Shown: positions 31,170 through 45,261 of the stretch, in pieces
Position numbering within the stretch: the stretch's first letter is position 1
How the letters are laid out: every line of letters starts with the position of its first letter
Assembly: GCA_951406725.2 (NCBI GenBank)
Contig: OX597823.1
Span: 95,356,001-95,420,000 of the forward strand
DNA from: Octopus vulgaris
Taxonomy: Eukaryota
DNA: 64,000 nucleotides
Reading direction: 5' to 3'
Made by a program: the position numbers and the translations under genes
Notes under the pieces: model-generated
The model's input: the letters and a program-made list of their open reading frames with translations, nothing else
What the model was told of the DNA's origin: nothing
Database searches by the model: none

Positions 31170-32020
31170 GGCCATCTTCACCCAGGAGGGCGCAGTGAAA
31201 GGCCATATCAAGCTTGATGACAAAGAGCTTGAGACAGTGGACAGGGTCTGCTATCTAGGGTCTACCATTTCCTCTACTACTTCACTTGATGATGATATTA
31301 ATGTCAGGATAGGGAAGGCAGCAACAACTTTTGGAAGGGAGCAACAAGAGATTAGACATCAAGACAGAGATCAGGATTTATGAAGCATGTGTTCTCAGCA
31401 CACTCCTCTATGGATCTGAAACTTGGACCTTGTACAGCGGACAGGAAAGGCGCCGCGGCATTTTCCATTTGAGATGCCTCCGCAAGATCTTAGGCCTAAC
31501 ATGGCGCGACAAGGTCACTAATGTTGAAGTGCTGGCGCAGGCGAATCTTCAAAGCATGACAGCTATCTTGTGTATGAGAAGACTGAGGTGGGTGGGGCAT
31601 GTCAGGAGAATAGCTGACCGTCGAATCCCGAATCAACTGCTCTATGGAGAATTGGCCCAGGGCAGGAGACCAAGGGGAAGACGAAAACTGAGGTATAAGG
31701 ACACTTGCAAAGCTAGTTTGTCCATTTGTGAGGTGGATGTCAGCACCTGGGAAGAGAGGGCCGAGGACAGAACAACATGGAGGACTGTGGTGAAGGAAGG
31801 AACTGCTTCGCTGGAGAGCTGCTACAGAAACAAACAAGTTGAGAAGCGTCAGCGGTGAAAGGAAAACAACAGAAATGCCGAGCGCCGAGCCACCTTCTTG
31901 GTATGCAAGTACTGTGACAGAATCTGCGCTTCAATCATAGGAAGAATCAGCCATGAAAGAAGCCGCAAAAGGGGGAGCCCCTGATATGTTCGATTAAGTG
32001 ACCTCTAAGCTAAATTGACC
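31170..32020 (+). mobile_element. RTE-clade LINE 3' fragment
   Basis: CYLGSTIS, IGKAATTFGR, LLYGSETWTL, HLRCLRKILG, LRWVGHVRR, QLLYGEL, GRRPRGR. Confidence 0.85.
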
Positions 32021-32535
32021 GTCTGCATAGACATATGTAATATGCTTTATTAAAAAGCAGCAAAAATATCACAAAAACCGTTCCCGTTCGTCGGACAATT
32101 TTGTTTAGAATGGAGCAAGATTAAGCTATATGCAGAAATACAATTACTTTGACTGATACACATTTGAAAATGGTTTTGTTTCATTAGTCCTTTAAGCTAA
32201 CGGTCTTTTCCATAACCGGTTGCATGAAATAACAAATTGCAGTTTAAAATCATATTAAAATCAAAAGTAGCTTATGAAGAAGGAAAAAGGCCTGAATACC
32301 CAAGGTAAATAATTAGCAGTGAAATTAATAATAAATTAATAAATTAAAAGATATATCCGTTCAAAAACTTCACTCTAAACTATACATACATTTAGCAATA
32401 CATACACATAACAAACAATCTATACACTAAAAATACAGACGTAGGTACATGCTACATACATTTACAGACATATATAGGCAAAACATAAATATATACAAAT
32501 GCATATATATATACAAATGCATATATATATACAAA

Positions 32536-32581
<46 letters not shown>

Positions 32582-33243
32582 TACTTGGAAATGGATGCGT
32601 GGCGTTTGATTAAATAATAATATAAATGGTATATATATATATATTAATAGTAATAGTATGAAAACAAAAGAATGAATGAGACTTTACTGGTATTTCATTC
32701 TATTGTCCCCATAAAGAATGAAAGGCAAAGGTGACTTTGATGGCATTTGAACTCAGAATGTAAACAACTGTAACTAAATACCACAAATTATTTTGTCCAG
32801 TTCCCTAAGAATTCTGTGAATCCACAAACCAAATAATAATCGTTTCTAAGAAAAGGCACGGACATTTGGGGATTACGGCCTTGGGTTGGTTGAAAGCCTT
32901 AAATCCCAGTACTTTACCCCAGAAGGTTGAAAGCCAATGGCTGCGGTCCAATGATTGAAGCAAGTAAAAGATAGAAAAATAAAAATCAAGAATTCCGGAG
33001 TGAAGGATGAGGGTACCCTTGATTATATATACAGGGATTATCTCAAAAGGTCGATAAAATCAAGTGTAAAGATTTCAGGTATCGTAATCCCATGTTGTGG
33101 GTGGGTGTTGGAGTGAGATAGGTTTTTAACCCCAAACAATAAAAGAAAAAATGTTTCAAGGAATTTTTGTTTTGAAGCACAACCATTTCAACCACCTACC
33201 TGGACTACATAATAATAATAAGAAATCATTATTATAAACTTAC

Positions 33244-33386
33244 CTGTAATCTAAGTCAGGTACAATAAAAACCATGCTTCCAACTTGTAAACCATCCATA
33301 ATGGTTGAAGCGAACAGAAAACTTAGCACCAGTTTCTGATAAAGTCCACATCCTCCAATTGTGCCAATCACTTCTTCGTAGTCCAT
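33244..33386 (-). CDS. SLC22/Orct-like organic cation transporter, copy A, coding exon 1
   Basis: ACCATGG start; MDYEEVIGTIGGCGLYQKLVL...VFIVPDLDY(R), matching the SLC22 N-terminal 'G.FG.YQ' pattern; donor AG|GTAAGT; 143 nt, ends phase 2. Confidence 0.9.
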
Positions 33387-33640
33387 GGTGAACAAATCTC
33401 TCAGAACAAATGTGTCGTCTGCTTCAAGCAATTTCTAAATGTGTCTGTCTCTGCCTCCTTTCAATCATACATATATGTATCAGGTGCGCAAGTGAGAGTA
33501 CTTGTAGGAGTATGATATGGGGAAGAGGGGGAAATGTGAATGAAAGACAACTATTTATGATCGGATGTTGAATGGGAGTGAGAGGGGGAGGGAAAAAGAC
33601 AAAGAGAAAAATAGTGTATGTGTGTGTGTGTGCATAAATG

Positions 33641-33672
<32 letters not shown>

Positions 33673-34435
33673 CAGTTTATCCCGTAATGGTTGGATGCAT
33701 TTTATTTGTAATTTTTGTATTCAATACACTTGTTCCAATATCTATGTATGCGTCTATGAAATTGTATCTATGTATATGTGCCTATATATTTGTATCTATG
33801 TATCTATGTATATGTATTTAAATTAGATATACATAGACATGACAGAAGTAAATAGACGCCCTTATAATCCTTAAAATACGAAATACATTAAATTAAAGTT
33901 TCAGAATATCACTTCTGGAAGCTCATATCTTTTAATTAGAAAAATCTACATGGTGCTGTATTTCGAGTCCTTCAGAATGCTGCCAGTTGGTTTTGATGGC
34001 CACTTTGTAAAAGTGGTGATATTTTGAAAGTTCCATGTATTTCAATTTTTCTTTCCATTTTATTCCAGCAGGAAAAGCTCGTCTTAAATGGCCGAAACCA
34101 GTTCATATTTTCTTTGCTTTTTGCCATATTAAAGCTCACTAAGCATTTCCATCTTCTTAGTTTTTCCAACACACAAACACACACATATACACACATACAC
34201 ACACATATATATACACACACATATATATGTATATATTCATATATATATCCACACATATATATACATGCACATATAAATACATATATATATACACACATAT
34301 GCATAATTATACACACATACATATATATATACATTTATATACATATATATAATTACATATATACATATACATGCATATATATATATATATGTGTGTGTAT
34401 GCGTGTTTGTATATATACATATATATATATACATC

Positions 34436-34740
34436 ATGCGTGTATTTATGCTTTGTTGTTCTTCTAGGTCTTTTTGCAAATCACTTCTAATTGCAAACCC
34501 AACACCACCTTCCATTATCTCTCCCTTCGGTTTCCCAGCCCAGAATAATGTGAAACCCGCCGCTCTTTCGACAGGATGATCTTCATCTGAACATCTTGTT
34601 TCAGAAAGGGTTGCGATATCAACATTAAGACGCCTTAGTTCCTTAGTGACTAGAGCTGTTCTTCTTTCAGGCCTATCTGCTCGATCTAAAAGGGTTCTCA
34701 CATTCCCACAGGCCAGGTTAAAACAAACCATATTCCTTGC
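34436..34740 (-). mobile_element. RTE-clade LINE 5' (APE) fragment
   Basis: NVRTLLDRADRPERRTALVTKELRRLNVDIATLSETR...GVGFAI. Confidence 0.8.
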
Positions 34741-34942
34741 ATACTTGTTATCATGTTTATATCAGTTCTTTGTTCATTCCTGCTAAATTGAAATACATCC
34801 GACAGCATGAATAATGATCAGCAATGCATCAATCTTATCAGGTAGGATATAAACACCGGTGCTCATCAAATAGACATTTTGACAGATATAAGAAGCCACA
34901 GAAAATGTTACGCATATTTATACACACACACATATATGTATA

Positions 34943-34995
<53 letters not shown>

Positions 34996-35639
34996 TATTC
35001 CTCCTGGAATAATGAATAGATGGGGAGAAAACTTTGCAGATCTCTTCCACAATCCATCTGTAGTGAACATGGATATCATAAACAACATTCCGCAAAGACT
35101 TTTTTTAGCAAATAAAATGATTTTTAATGTACACCTTAGATTAAATATATATACACGAGGCAATCCAGTATATACCCCGTGCTTATACATTCTAATTTTT
35201 CAAATCTACCGCGCAAGCGCAGCTCCTTATCGGCAGTAAATAAAATGCCGGCTTTTTCAATTGGAAAATTTTCCATAAAAATTATCAATAATTAATAATG
35301 TCCAGAAATATTTGAAATTTCTATTACCAGTGGCCTATCGTGTAAAAGTTTAGTCAATATACTATATATTATTTATATAAATACAATGTACGTTTACACA
35401 CACAAGAGTTATCCATCATAGGATTCCTTGCACGCTAGAGAGGTCAGTTAAATTCCAAACCACTATTTGGAATAAAATTTCGAAATGAATGAAAAACAAA
35501 AACATTTACTGTCTAACTCCTGGACCAATTGCTAGGCGAAGTCTTCTTCAGCAGGTACACCTTAGATTAAATATATATACACGAGGCAATCCAGTATATA
35601 CTCCGTGCTTATACATTCTAAATATTTCAAATCTACTGC

Positions 35640-36090
35640 AGATTACTACATGTCTCTGTTGGACGAACTACATGAAGATTTGAAACAGAAACACCGTGGA
35701 AAGCTGAGCCGTAATATCCTGTTCTTGCAGGACAATGCACCAGTATACACAACACATGAAACTACAGAAAACATGCGACTTTGGTTTCGAATAAGTAGTC
35801 CATCCACCTTGCTCTCCTGGCTTGGGCCCCTCCGACTACCACCTCCGTCCACAACTGAAGAAAGTCCTCAAGGGAACAAAATTTCTCTCCAATTCGGATG
35901 TGATCGCTGGTACCGTAGCTTGGTTGGAGGCCCAACATTTCGATTTCTTTTTACAGGGTTTAAAAAACTGAAGGACCGCTGCAATATGTGTGTGAATGTG
36001 AGGGAGGAATATGTTGAATAAAATCACAATTAACTGACCCTTCTGTATTTTCTTTTACCCAGAGCCAGGAACTTTTCAGCACCCCCTCAT
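35640..36090 (+). mobile_element. Mariner 3' fragment
   Basis: RGKLSRNILFLQDNAP..., HPP.SP.L.PSDY-like, C...EEYVE*; TIR-like aacttttcagcaccccctcaTA. Confidence 0.75.
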
Positions 36091-36761
36091 AAAAATCCTA
36101 CGTCACAAACAATTAGTTACCTATCTATAAAATACGCTTAACATTTTATTATGTGAAAAGCAATTACAATTAATGAGTTATTTAGAATTGAAGTATTTAA
36201 ATGTTTTTCTATATTTGTGAGAACATTTCATTGTAAAATACCTTTATAATTCAATGATATTTATTTAAAAGAAATTATATAATACCCCAAAGCAAAGATC
36301 ACGTTTAAAATTACCAGTATTGTATGATGGTGCCTAACTAATAATGGACCCCATTAAATCATACTTAATGTTCCTATCCTTTGAATACTAAATGTGAGCA
36401 TGAGACATGGACATTAAAGGATGATGATAATGATAATGATGTTGATAATGATGATGACAATAATGATGTTGATGATGATGATGATGGTGAATAAATAGTA
36501 TTGCCAGGAAAATAAATGCCGTTGGTGGCCAATAATTCCAACGAGAATCGAAGGAATTCTTCATAACTTCACTATTTTGAACGCAACGTGTACAATATTG
36601 GTAGTAGGTGTGATTTATTGCTCTTCGTTGTTTTTACATTTTAAAATATTCTATTTGAATAACTCGATATGAAAGCAATAACATCATGCCATATCAAACG
36701 TAACAAACTAGGTAATACACACCCAGCGGTGCAGGAAGTCAATGAGTTGCATAAGAAGTAG

Positions 36762-36838
<77 letters not shown>

Positions 36839-36924
36839 ATATATACGTATATATATGTATATATATACGCATGTGCTCATATGCATATGTGTATATATTT
36901 ATTCGTTTGTGCATTTATGTGAGT

Positions 36925-38050
36925 GTGTACAATGCAGACAACCTTATGATTTTCAATTACGACTTCAAGAAACCAACCAGTCACCTGTTCACTTATTAAT
37001 GTGGTGGTCATAAAAAGCAAGATTGACTACATTCTCACCAGAAAGCAGAAAAGCTGGTTGCTTATGAACACAAAACCCTTCCCAGGTGAAGAGTGTAGAC
37101 CTCAACATGTATTAGTTAATAGTGGCTTCAGAGTTCAGAGTAGAAAGACGCCAAGAAGCAAACCAGTTTGGAAAAGAAAGATTTGGAAGCTTAAGGATCC
37201 TCTGAATAGTCAGAGATTTAGAGAGGTTCTAAATGAAGCATTTGGCAAGGAGGAGGAGGAGGAGGAAGAGGAGAAGATAGTAATATATGAATAACATAGA
37301 GGACAACTGGAGGTTCCTACGAGACAATGCAATGGGGGCCACTAACCAAATTTGTGGATGGTGCAAAGTCCTCTCCACACCTAAGGTGACATGGTGGTGT
37401 CCATAAAGGTGACACACCCAATGGTTGGTGTAGCAACATTATAGTCAACTCTACAAATGTAAAGGTGATACTTTAGACTGAGATAATTACAAAAGTATCA
37501 AATCGCTGGAACAGGTGATGAAAGTTACAGAGAGGGTCAAAATTTAAAAAGGGAGAGTATTGATAGAATGCAGTTTGGTTTTGTGCCAGGAAGATGCACA
37601 ACTGATGCTATCTTTTTGGTGAAGCTGCTTCAGGAGAAGTACTTTGCTTTTATTGAAATGGAGAAAGCCTTTGAGGGGCTCCCCTGCTCCCTTATCTGGT
37701 GGGCAATGCAGAAGGCTAGAGATAAATGAGTGGCTGGTGAGAGCTGTAGAAACCAGGTAGAGAGATGCTGATTGTAAGGTGAAGGTTGGCAACGAGTATA
37801 ACAGTGACTTCAGTGAACAGGTAGGAGTGTACACAAAGGATCGATTCTCAGCCCCCTTTTTGTTCATCATAGTCCTTCTGGCCATAACAGAAGAATTTCA
37901 GATGTGTTGCTCATGAAAGCTCCTCTATGCTGATGACTTTGAACTTATTGCTGAATCACTACAAGAACTAGAGAAGAAATTTCAGGTGTGGAAGCAAGGT
38001 TTGGAATCAAGGGGCCTTAGAATTGAGTTAGCAAAGACTAAAACCCTAGA
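36925..38050 (+). mobile_element. Degraded RTE-like LINE fragment
   Basis: KIDYILTRK, GEEC.PQH, QFGFVPGR, EKAF, LSP.LFII, LYADD in broken frames. Confidence 0.7.
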
Positions 38051-38733
38051 AAGCCTTAATAAGAAGCAAGGTGTGATGTTTTGACTTATGAGAATTTCAA
38101 TTCAACTGCTGTTTTGTCATATTTTTTACTTTTTTGTTTTGTTGTTTTGCTTTTTTATGCCTTGTTGTCAGGAATGAAATGGTTGCCTTTGTACAGTCTG
38201 GTTGAAGATTCCTATGCAGCCTTTACCTTTTAAAGAGGCCCTGTACAGCTTTTTTACCTTTTTAAGGCAGCCCTGTGCAGCCCTTATCATTTAAAAAATC
38301 TCAGTATCACCTTTTTATCTGTTAAGGTCACACCATACATCCCTTATCCTTCTCCAACGAAAGGTCTTCTTTATTCCCTTGCCATCTTTAAGGCTCCTCT
38401 CTATAAATAAAGTCAACAGCCACAGCATCACTGGGTTGTAGAGGACCGACACGGGAAAATTGCTCTTCTTGTATTGTATATGTAGAACAAATCAGCTGAA
38501 CTGAGGCCAACCTTTGCCAAGCTAGAACCACACCTGGAATTGAACTTGGCACTACAAGTTAATGAAACACTTGTCCATTTCACAGTGCTGCCACTTCTTA
38601 CTGCCAGTATGTTGTTCTTCTGCTTTCATTTTTACAATTATTACCCCCTGTTCTCAGGATTTCATTCAACCAGGAAATACCATTTTATTTGGTTTGAATC
38701 TTTTTCAAATGCATATACATACACAGGTGAGTG

Positions 38734-38795
<62 letters not shown>

Positions 38796-39243
38796 AAGGT
38801 GTTTATGCACTTATAGCTTTTCCTCATTATGTATATACTTGTGCAACATTTCCTTCCACTAATTTTCTCTCTCCCCCTCTCTCTCTCTCCCTTCTGGTAG
38901 GGTCTCCATTCATTTTCAAATCTCCATGTTATATTAAATGGTGTTAAGTTATAAAGGTCTCTGTTATTATATGTATTATTACTTTTATTATTAGTATTGT
39001 TATGCATTTATTTTCTTTTAAATTTATTTTCATATTTATTTTTAATTCTTATGTTCCAATGTGCAATTAAAGTGTAAAGTTCTGTGGAAAATAGAATCAA
39101 AACACAAAACAGAAAGATTTGGGGGAAATGAATAAAAAGAGAGGAAACCATTCTTTGGGGGAATTTCCGAATGGTTTGAGAAACTTTCCACCATTAAAAC
39201 ATTAGGGATTTTCATTATTCATGTATTTACATATATATACATT

Positions 39244-39297
<54 letters not shown>

Positions 39298-39334
39298 AAA
39301 TGGAGTTTAACGCAGGTATAATTCAAATACTTTT

Positions 39335-39422
39335 ACTTCTGACACATGTTTCGAAGATTTCACTGATATTATTCAAAAGAATAAAATGGTGTAAAGCAAT
39401 GTAATCTTCTCTTCAGGGAAGT
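39335..39422 (-). ncRNA. Type I hammerhead motif related to 24627-24709
   Basis: ACTTCC-CTGAAGA-GAAGAT..ATCTTC-GAAAC-ATGT-GTC-AGAAGT; one mismatch at the base of stem I. Confidence 0.75.
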
Positions 39423-39701
39423 GAATAAATGAAACTCGTCAATAAGACATTTTAACTGAAAATGATGGATGTGTATAGTGATTTACTGAACGCTATTAAT
39501 ATTGTTTGAAAACTTTATATGATATACCATCAGAAGTAACTTATAGAAAGAGGAGGGATATTTTTAGCGAATGTTAAATATAAAAGAAAATTAATGTTTA
39601 GATTATATATAATGATAGAGATTACTTATATGAACTAAAGGTGTGTTCTTGCCGATGTTTACATCGGTATGCACGCTCTATAACCGTGCATACCGATGTA
39701 T

Positions 39702-39743
<42 letters not shown>

Positions 39744-41299
39744 TCTAAAGCATAGAAAACATAGAAACTTATTGAATAACCATATCGAACTAGGTCAAGT
39801 TTGTGTCCACGCTAAATTGAAGACTTTAAAATATTTTAAATGATTAGAATATTCGTAACTAGATAGATAGATATAACTTGATTTCTACTAGTATAGCACT
39901 GCTTTAAGTAGATAACTAAGAGTTCTCACACTACAGTTATCTTTTTCTTTATATCTGCATCAGTTTTTTGAGAACAGGGAAATGAATAGTACTTATACGC
40001 TGCTTAATTGAGACTTTATTTAATTTCAAACTCATAATTTTAAATTCTTAATTTTAAATCTTAATTGTGATTTTTAATTTTAATTCCTAACTTAATCTAA
40101 TTTAAGTAGCATAACTCTAATAAAATAAAATGAGTTACTATAGCCCCATAATTCTATTTCAAAATTAAATAAATAAGGCTACTCCCTCGGTGATAATATG
40201 ATTATCTTCATTATGATAGACAATCCCCTAACACCATGTAAATGATCTTCTAAGATTTGACCTGTAGTCCGTCATTGTATGAATAATAAAGGCAACTCCT
40301 TAAGACAATATAATGAATAAATTAAATAAGTAAACTTTAATGACTTTTTGATAAGATTATACTTAGATTTTCCTAATGTATTTTCTTTTGATTTTAGCAT
40401 CTGACCCCTAAACCCCTAACTGTGTTATCTCTTTAGATTCTCTTTAAATTCATAGCTGATTTCAACAGCAATAAATTAGCTGTGTTACTGGTCAAAGAAT
40501 AATATTCTCCTCTAGTTCCTAGATGCCTGTAAATTAAAACCAGACTTGCCGTCTACTAATTCTTCTGTATAACTAGAACCCTCTTTTTTTCTTTTTCTTT
40601 TTTTCCCTTCTTTCCCTATTTCTTTCTCTTTTCTCTTTTTCTTTTTCTTCTTCCTATTCTCTTTTTCCTTTTCTCTTCTCTTTTAGTCCCCCTCCCCCCT
40701 TTTTGCTCCCTCCTCCTTTATTTTCTCTCTTTTCTTCTATTCCCTTCCCTTTTCTATTCTTTGCCTCTCTAGAAAGCCCTTCAGCCTTTAAAAGTTAAAT
40801 AGCTACAGCCTCTTGTGAGTAGCAGTAATGTGATTAATGTGGCAAATACCTAATCATATAACAAGAACTGATACCTACCTCATTGTGTTCAACCATTGAT
40901 AAATTTATCGCCTGTGAATATGAAATTCCTCTTCATTTCTCTGGAAATTTACATCTACACCATTGGAAATTGTGCATCTATACAAAGGATTAATTCACCC
41001 TCTCTGTAATGCTAATAAGCAGGAATTGAGACCCACCTCGTTGTGATTAGCAATGGATAAATTTGTCGTCTGTGAGTATGTAATACCTCATCATATCTCT
41101 GGAAATTCATATGTGCACTATGGATTAGGTCACCTTCTCTGTGATGCTATTAAAACTTTTTTAAAATTCTGTGATAAGACAGTACATCATCTTTAAAGAA
41201 CTTTAATGAACTTTAGAAATCTGTTTATGTTACTTAATTATCTACATTACTTCATGAGTATAGCCTCAACCAATAGGATGTCTAGAGAACTCACATGTA

Positions 41300-41390
41300 T
41301 TTTAGCTGATGAGTACGGGACACGTTTATATGCTGTAATTTTTGCAACTTTTAATAAAGCCTGTCCTTGTATGAAACGATTGTACTAAAA
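41300..41390 (+). ncRNA. Type I hammerhead ribozyme motif
   Basis: TTTTAG-CTGATGA-GTACGGGACA..TGTCCTTGTAT-GAAAC-GATT-GTA-CTAAAA; perfect 6-bp stem I. Confidence 0.82.
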
Positions 41391-41419
41391 ACCTATCCAT
41401 TCTTGTTGCTTCTTTCTCG

Positions 41420-41455
<36 letters not shown>

Positions 41456-41778
41456 TATCTATATACACCACCTTATAAGGGAACCATTTTGATAAACAGA
41501 TAAATAAAATTGCATGATTCTAACTAATTTGTTTTTTTTTATTGTATTTTTTGTTTGGCTGTTTTATTTTGATTGTTTGCAAAAAATCTCATTTTGTTTT
41601 TGCTTGACCCTAGATGCAGGGTGTGTGTTTTCTGTGATTCTACTAATCCAAGGGTGGTTGATAAATGGTGGTGTTAGAGGGTTGGGCAAAGGGTGTTGCA
41701 GTGCCTGTGTTGGATTTTGACATTCTGAGACGAAAGAGATGCCAAGTTGTATCAGGACAACACTGGTGCCATAGAGAG

Positions 41779-41809
<31 letters not shown>

Positions 41810-42759
41810 CTAGAATACAGAGCTAACTGCTAGTCTTACACCCTGCCCCTCATCCTTGCCCTTCCTGTACATTCAGGAACAGATGCACTGACCACTAAGC
41901 CATGCACCTTCGACAGGTAAATTAGAATAGCAGACATGAGACAGAGACTCCATTGTAGTCATTAGTGAAGTGAAGGTAACTGTTAATGATGTGGGTCAAC
42001 AGAATGAGAAGGTGAGGAGTCATTTTTAAGTAACAGTGGCAAGTAGTGACACAACAATGTGAACAGGTTGGTGGAACCCAGTTAAAAATTGCAGGGAGTC
42101 TATTGTAGGAGTGATAAATGGGGGAGAGAGAGAAAAAAATGAATAAGGAACATTTGACAACCCCCAACCCAAATTGCTGACCAAAATTTGAAACCCTTAT
42201 TAGTAAAAGTTCCAGGTAACGAGATGCAAGAATTAGACAAAATGTTTAACTGCATCTCTTCTGGCTCTTGATGTTCTGAGTTCAAATATTGCCGAGGGCA
42301 AGTTTGGCTTTCATCCTTTTGAGGCTGAAAAAATGCTGTACCAATCAAATACTGGGTTTGATGTAACTGACTAATCCCGTCCCTCCTTCCCCCTAAAATT
42401 GCTATCCATATGATTCTTGGGGGTCCCTGTAAGATTTTGTCATTCAAATCTCTGTGTAATAAAATACCTCATACTTTCATTATAAAAATATAAGATCTTT
42501 TAAGCATCAAATGGCTCGGAGGTTCCTTCAGAGGAAAACAAGAAATCAAAAAAGTCCAAAGGTAGAGAAAAGTTGAGGAACTCTGGTTTAGGCTTATGTG
42601 CAACACACAAATCACCAAAATTGCTAGTCTTCCAACTTTATTGGACAAAACTACAATACAAATAAGTGGGGGGAAACGGTGAGAATTAAGCAGCGGAAAA
42701 TGGGGAGGAGAAGGAAGCAAAGGGTGGTACACCCCAGACCAAATGGCACGTTCAACGGT

Positions 42760-43000
42760 GCTCTGTGGACTTGATTGCAAAGGCATTGCTGTGGAGAATG
42801 GCCAGCAACACTTGCTTCAGCAGCCAATCCACCTAGCAGGGCTCATTTGTCAGGTGGACCACAATTATTCTGATTTTGTGGGGTAAATCATCCGTGCAGG
42901 GTCTGAGAACACCTGAGGTCACTACTGCAACCAGTACAAACTGATAGTGGCCGGTCAGGCTCCTGTATTTGTCTATTTTCCCTTTCCTCTGCATTATGGA
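42760..43000 (-). mobile_element. RLE-type (CRE-like) LINE C-terminal relic
   Basis: Manual translation KIDKYRSLTGHYQFVLVAVVTSGV...WLLKQVLLAILHSNA resembles the CRE-clade K..KY/F.P.AVET.G/QR.S.A..RGNA tail. Confidence 0.45.
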
Positions 43001-43533
43001 TATTTATTCCTTGTGAGATGGCGAATGATAACATAATTTGATGGGGGATGTTGTTTTGTAGTGTCCGAATGCAAAGGCAGGCATACTTAAAGATAATTCA
43101 CACACAAATGAAAAGATGCTGAAGACTATTGTGAAATATGAGAACAGATGTTTTATTCCATTAAAAATATTAAATTGACCATACCAGATCAAAACAAAAC
43201 AAGAGATTGGAAACAACAACAACAACAGTTATTACAAGAAATTCCAAGGCACCATAATGTTTGGCGTTGTTTATATTTTCGAAGAAATGGTCGAGAGAAG
43301 AATTTCTGAAACGTTTCAAATAACAAAAAATGCAAACAAAGAATGATGTGTATGTCTATTTATAATGTGTGTGTGTGTATGAGTGAGAGGGAGAGGGAGA
43401 GAAAGAGCGAGAGAGAGAGGGGGGAGAAAGAGAGGAGAGAGGGAGAGAGAGAGGGGGAGAGGGAGAAACAGATGGAGTGAGTAATGTATTTGTGAGAGTT
43501 TGTAAAAAATCATCTCGTGTAGAGTCATCAGAT

Positions 43534-44099
43534 GTGGAGGCGTGTGGCTTAGTGGTTAGGGTGTCAGCATCATGATCCTAGGATTGTCATTTCGATTCCT
43601 GGACTGGGTGACGAGTTGTGTTCTTGAGCAAAATACTTCATTTCACGTTGCTCCAGTCCACTCAGCTGGCAAATATGTGTAACACTGCGATTGTCTGGCG
43701 TCCCGTCCAGCTGGGGAACACATACGCCATTGAAACCGGGAAACCGGGCCCATAAGCCTGGCTAGGCTTTAAAAGGGCGTAGTGGAGGTGCAATTGCCCA
43801 GTGGTTAGGGCAGCGGACTCGTGGTTGGAAGATCGCGGTTTCGATTCCCAGACCAGGCGTTGTGTATGTTTATTGAGCGAAAACGCCTTAAGCACCACGA
43901 GGTTCCGGCAGGAGGTGGTGGCGACCCCTGTTGTACTCTTTCGTCCCAACTTTCTTTCACTCTTCCTGTTTCTTGAGTAACGCTGCGATGGACTGTCATC
44001 CCGTCCAGCTGGGGGGAACACATACGCCATAGAAACCGGGAAACCGGGCCCATGATCCTGTCTAGGCTTGAAAAGGGCGCATAAATAAATAAAAAAGAT
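43534..44099 (+). mobile_element. Dimer of tRNA-derived SINEs with target-site duplication
   Basis: Two A/B-box heads (tggcttagtggttagg..ttcgattcc; cccagtggttagg..ggtttcgattccc), shared 3' tail, A-rich end, flanking tcatcagat repeats. Confidence 0.8.
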
Positions 44100-45214
44100 T
44101 CATCAGATAACTCCAGTTTGTTGAAATAGAAAAAAAGGGTCTTTATAGAGATTTTACTCAGCTTTTTGAAGCAAACGAAAGTTCCAGTTGCGATTGGCTG
44201 AACATAACAAACAAAAGACAGTCATGTGATGTTTCATCCGAGCTGCCTGCTAGGCTTGCAGAAACACAGTAGTATAACCATTGGAATTCAATATTTCTTA
44301 TTGTGAGACAAGTGGCCGGTTGGAAGATTGTGCACAGATACTGACAAGAGGGACATCAAATTATCTGGTAAAATAGGGGTCATTGATTGAATGAAATCCA
44401 AGCTTAAGGGGATTTGTCAAACAAATGCATGTAAACATACACAAGATATTATGTAGTAGTTTGAGGGAGATTCAGCTACTATTTCTAACTGATCTTCCAG
44501 ACATGCAGAGGTAGTAATATAATGTTATAATAAAGTCGAGGTAGTGATATCATGCTGCTATGAGGAAAGAAGCCATTCTGCCGTGGAGTGTCATCTCAGA
44601 TGACAAGTCTTGAGGAGTGGCCATCAAATAGGACATGTGGAATGGTGTGTGTATATCAGTTAAGCCAAGAACTTGCATGAAGTGGGGCAGCCAATTGCAC
44701 ATAGCATCCACATCTAGTGAGAAAATATTAGCACTGGCAGAAGGGTGAGTGATGTGGATCTGAGATGTTCAGGTTTCAAGTCATTATTGAATTAGGCCTC
44801 TTTCAATTGATGCTGATGGATTCTGTTCATCTATTTACACGAAGAATAAAATTCTAGGTGTCTGATGAAGTACTTTGAAGGGACAAAAGTTGAGTGATGA
44901 AGTGCTTGAATTGGACCCTTAATTCAACCCTTACGGACAAACACAGGTAGCCGGTCACTGGCAAATGTTGGGTGGCACATTTATGGGAATCATCTAGACA
45001 CTGTTTGGATGGTCATCAGGATTTGACATGGTTTAACATAAGGGGTGAAATGTTGCAGTGTGGACATGCTTTTCTCTTTCCACTGTCCAGTCTACCCTCT
45101 ATGTTCTTGTGGTAGCCATTGTGAAATGGGAAAGGTGGACTTGGTCAGAGCTTGACAGTTGCTCTTTCTCTATACTGTATCAGTTGTTGTGGGCATCAAA
45201 ACGTGGTTCTTGCA

Positions 45215-45261
<47 letters not shown>

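Noticed and set aside
43534-43860. Functional tRNA genes
   Set aside because: The cloverleafs are imperfect and run directly into SINE bodies with a TSD
44860-45025. Isolated CTGATGA words (also 37931 and 50184)
   Set aside because: No matching stem II, GAAA or stem I; 37931 is the YADD codons of a LINE
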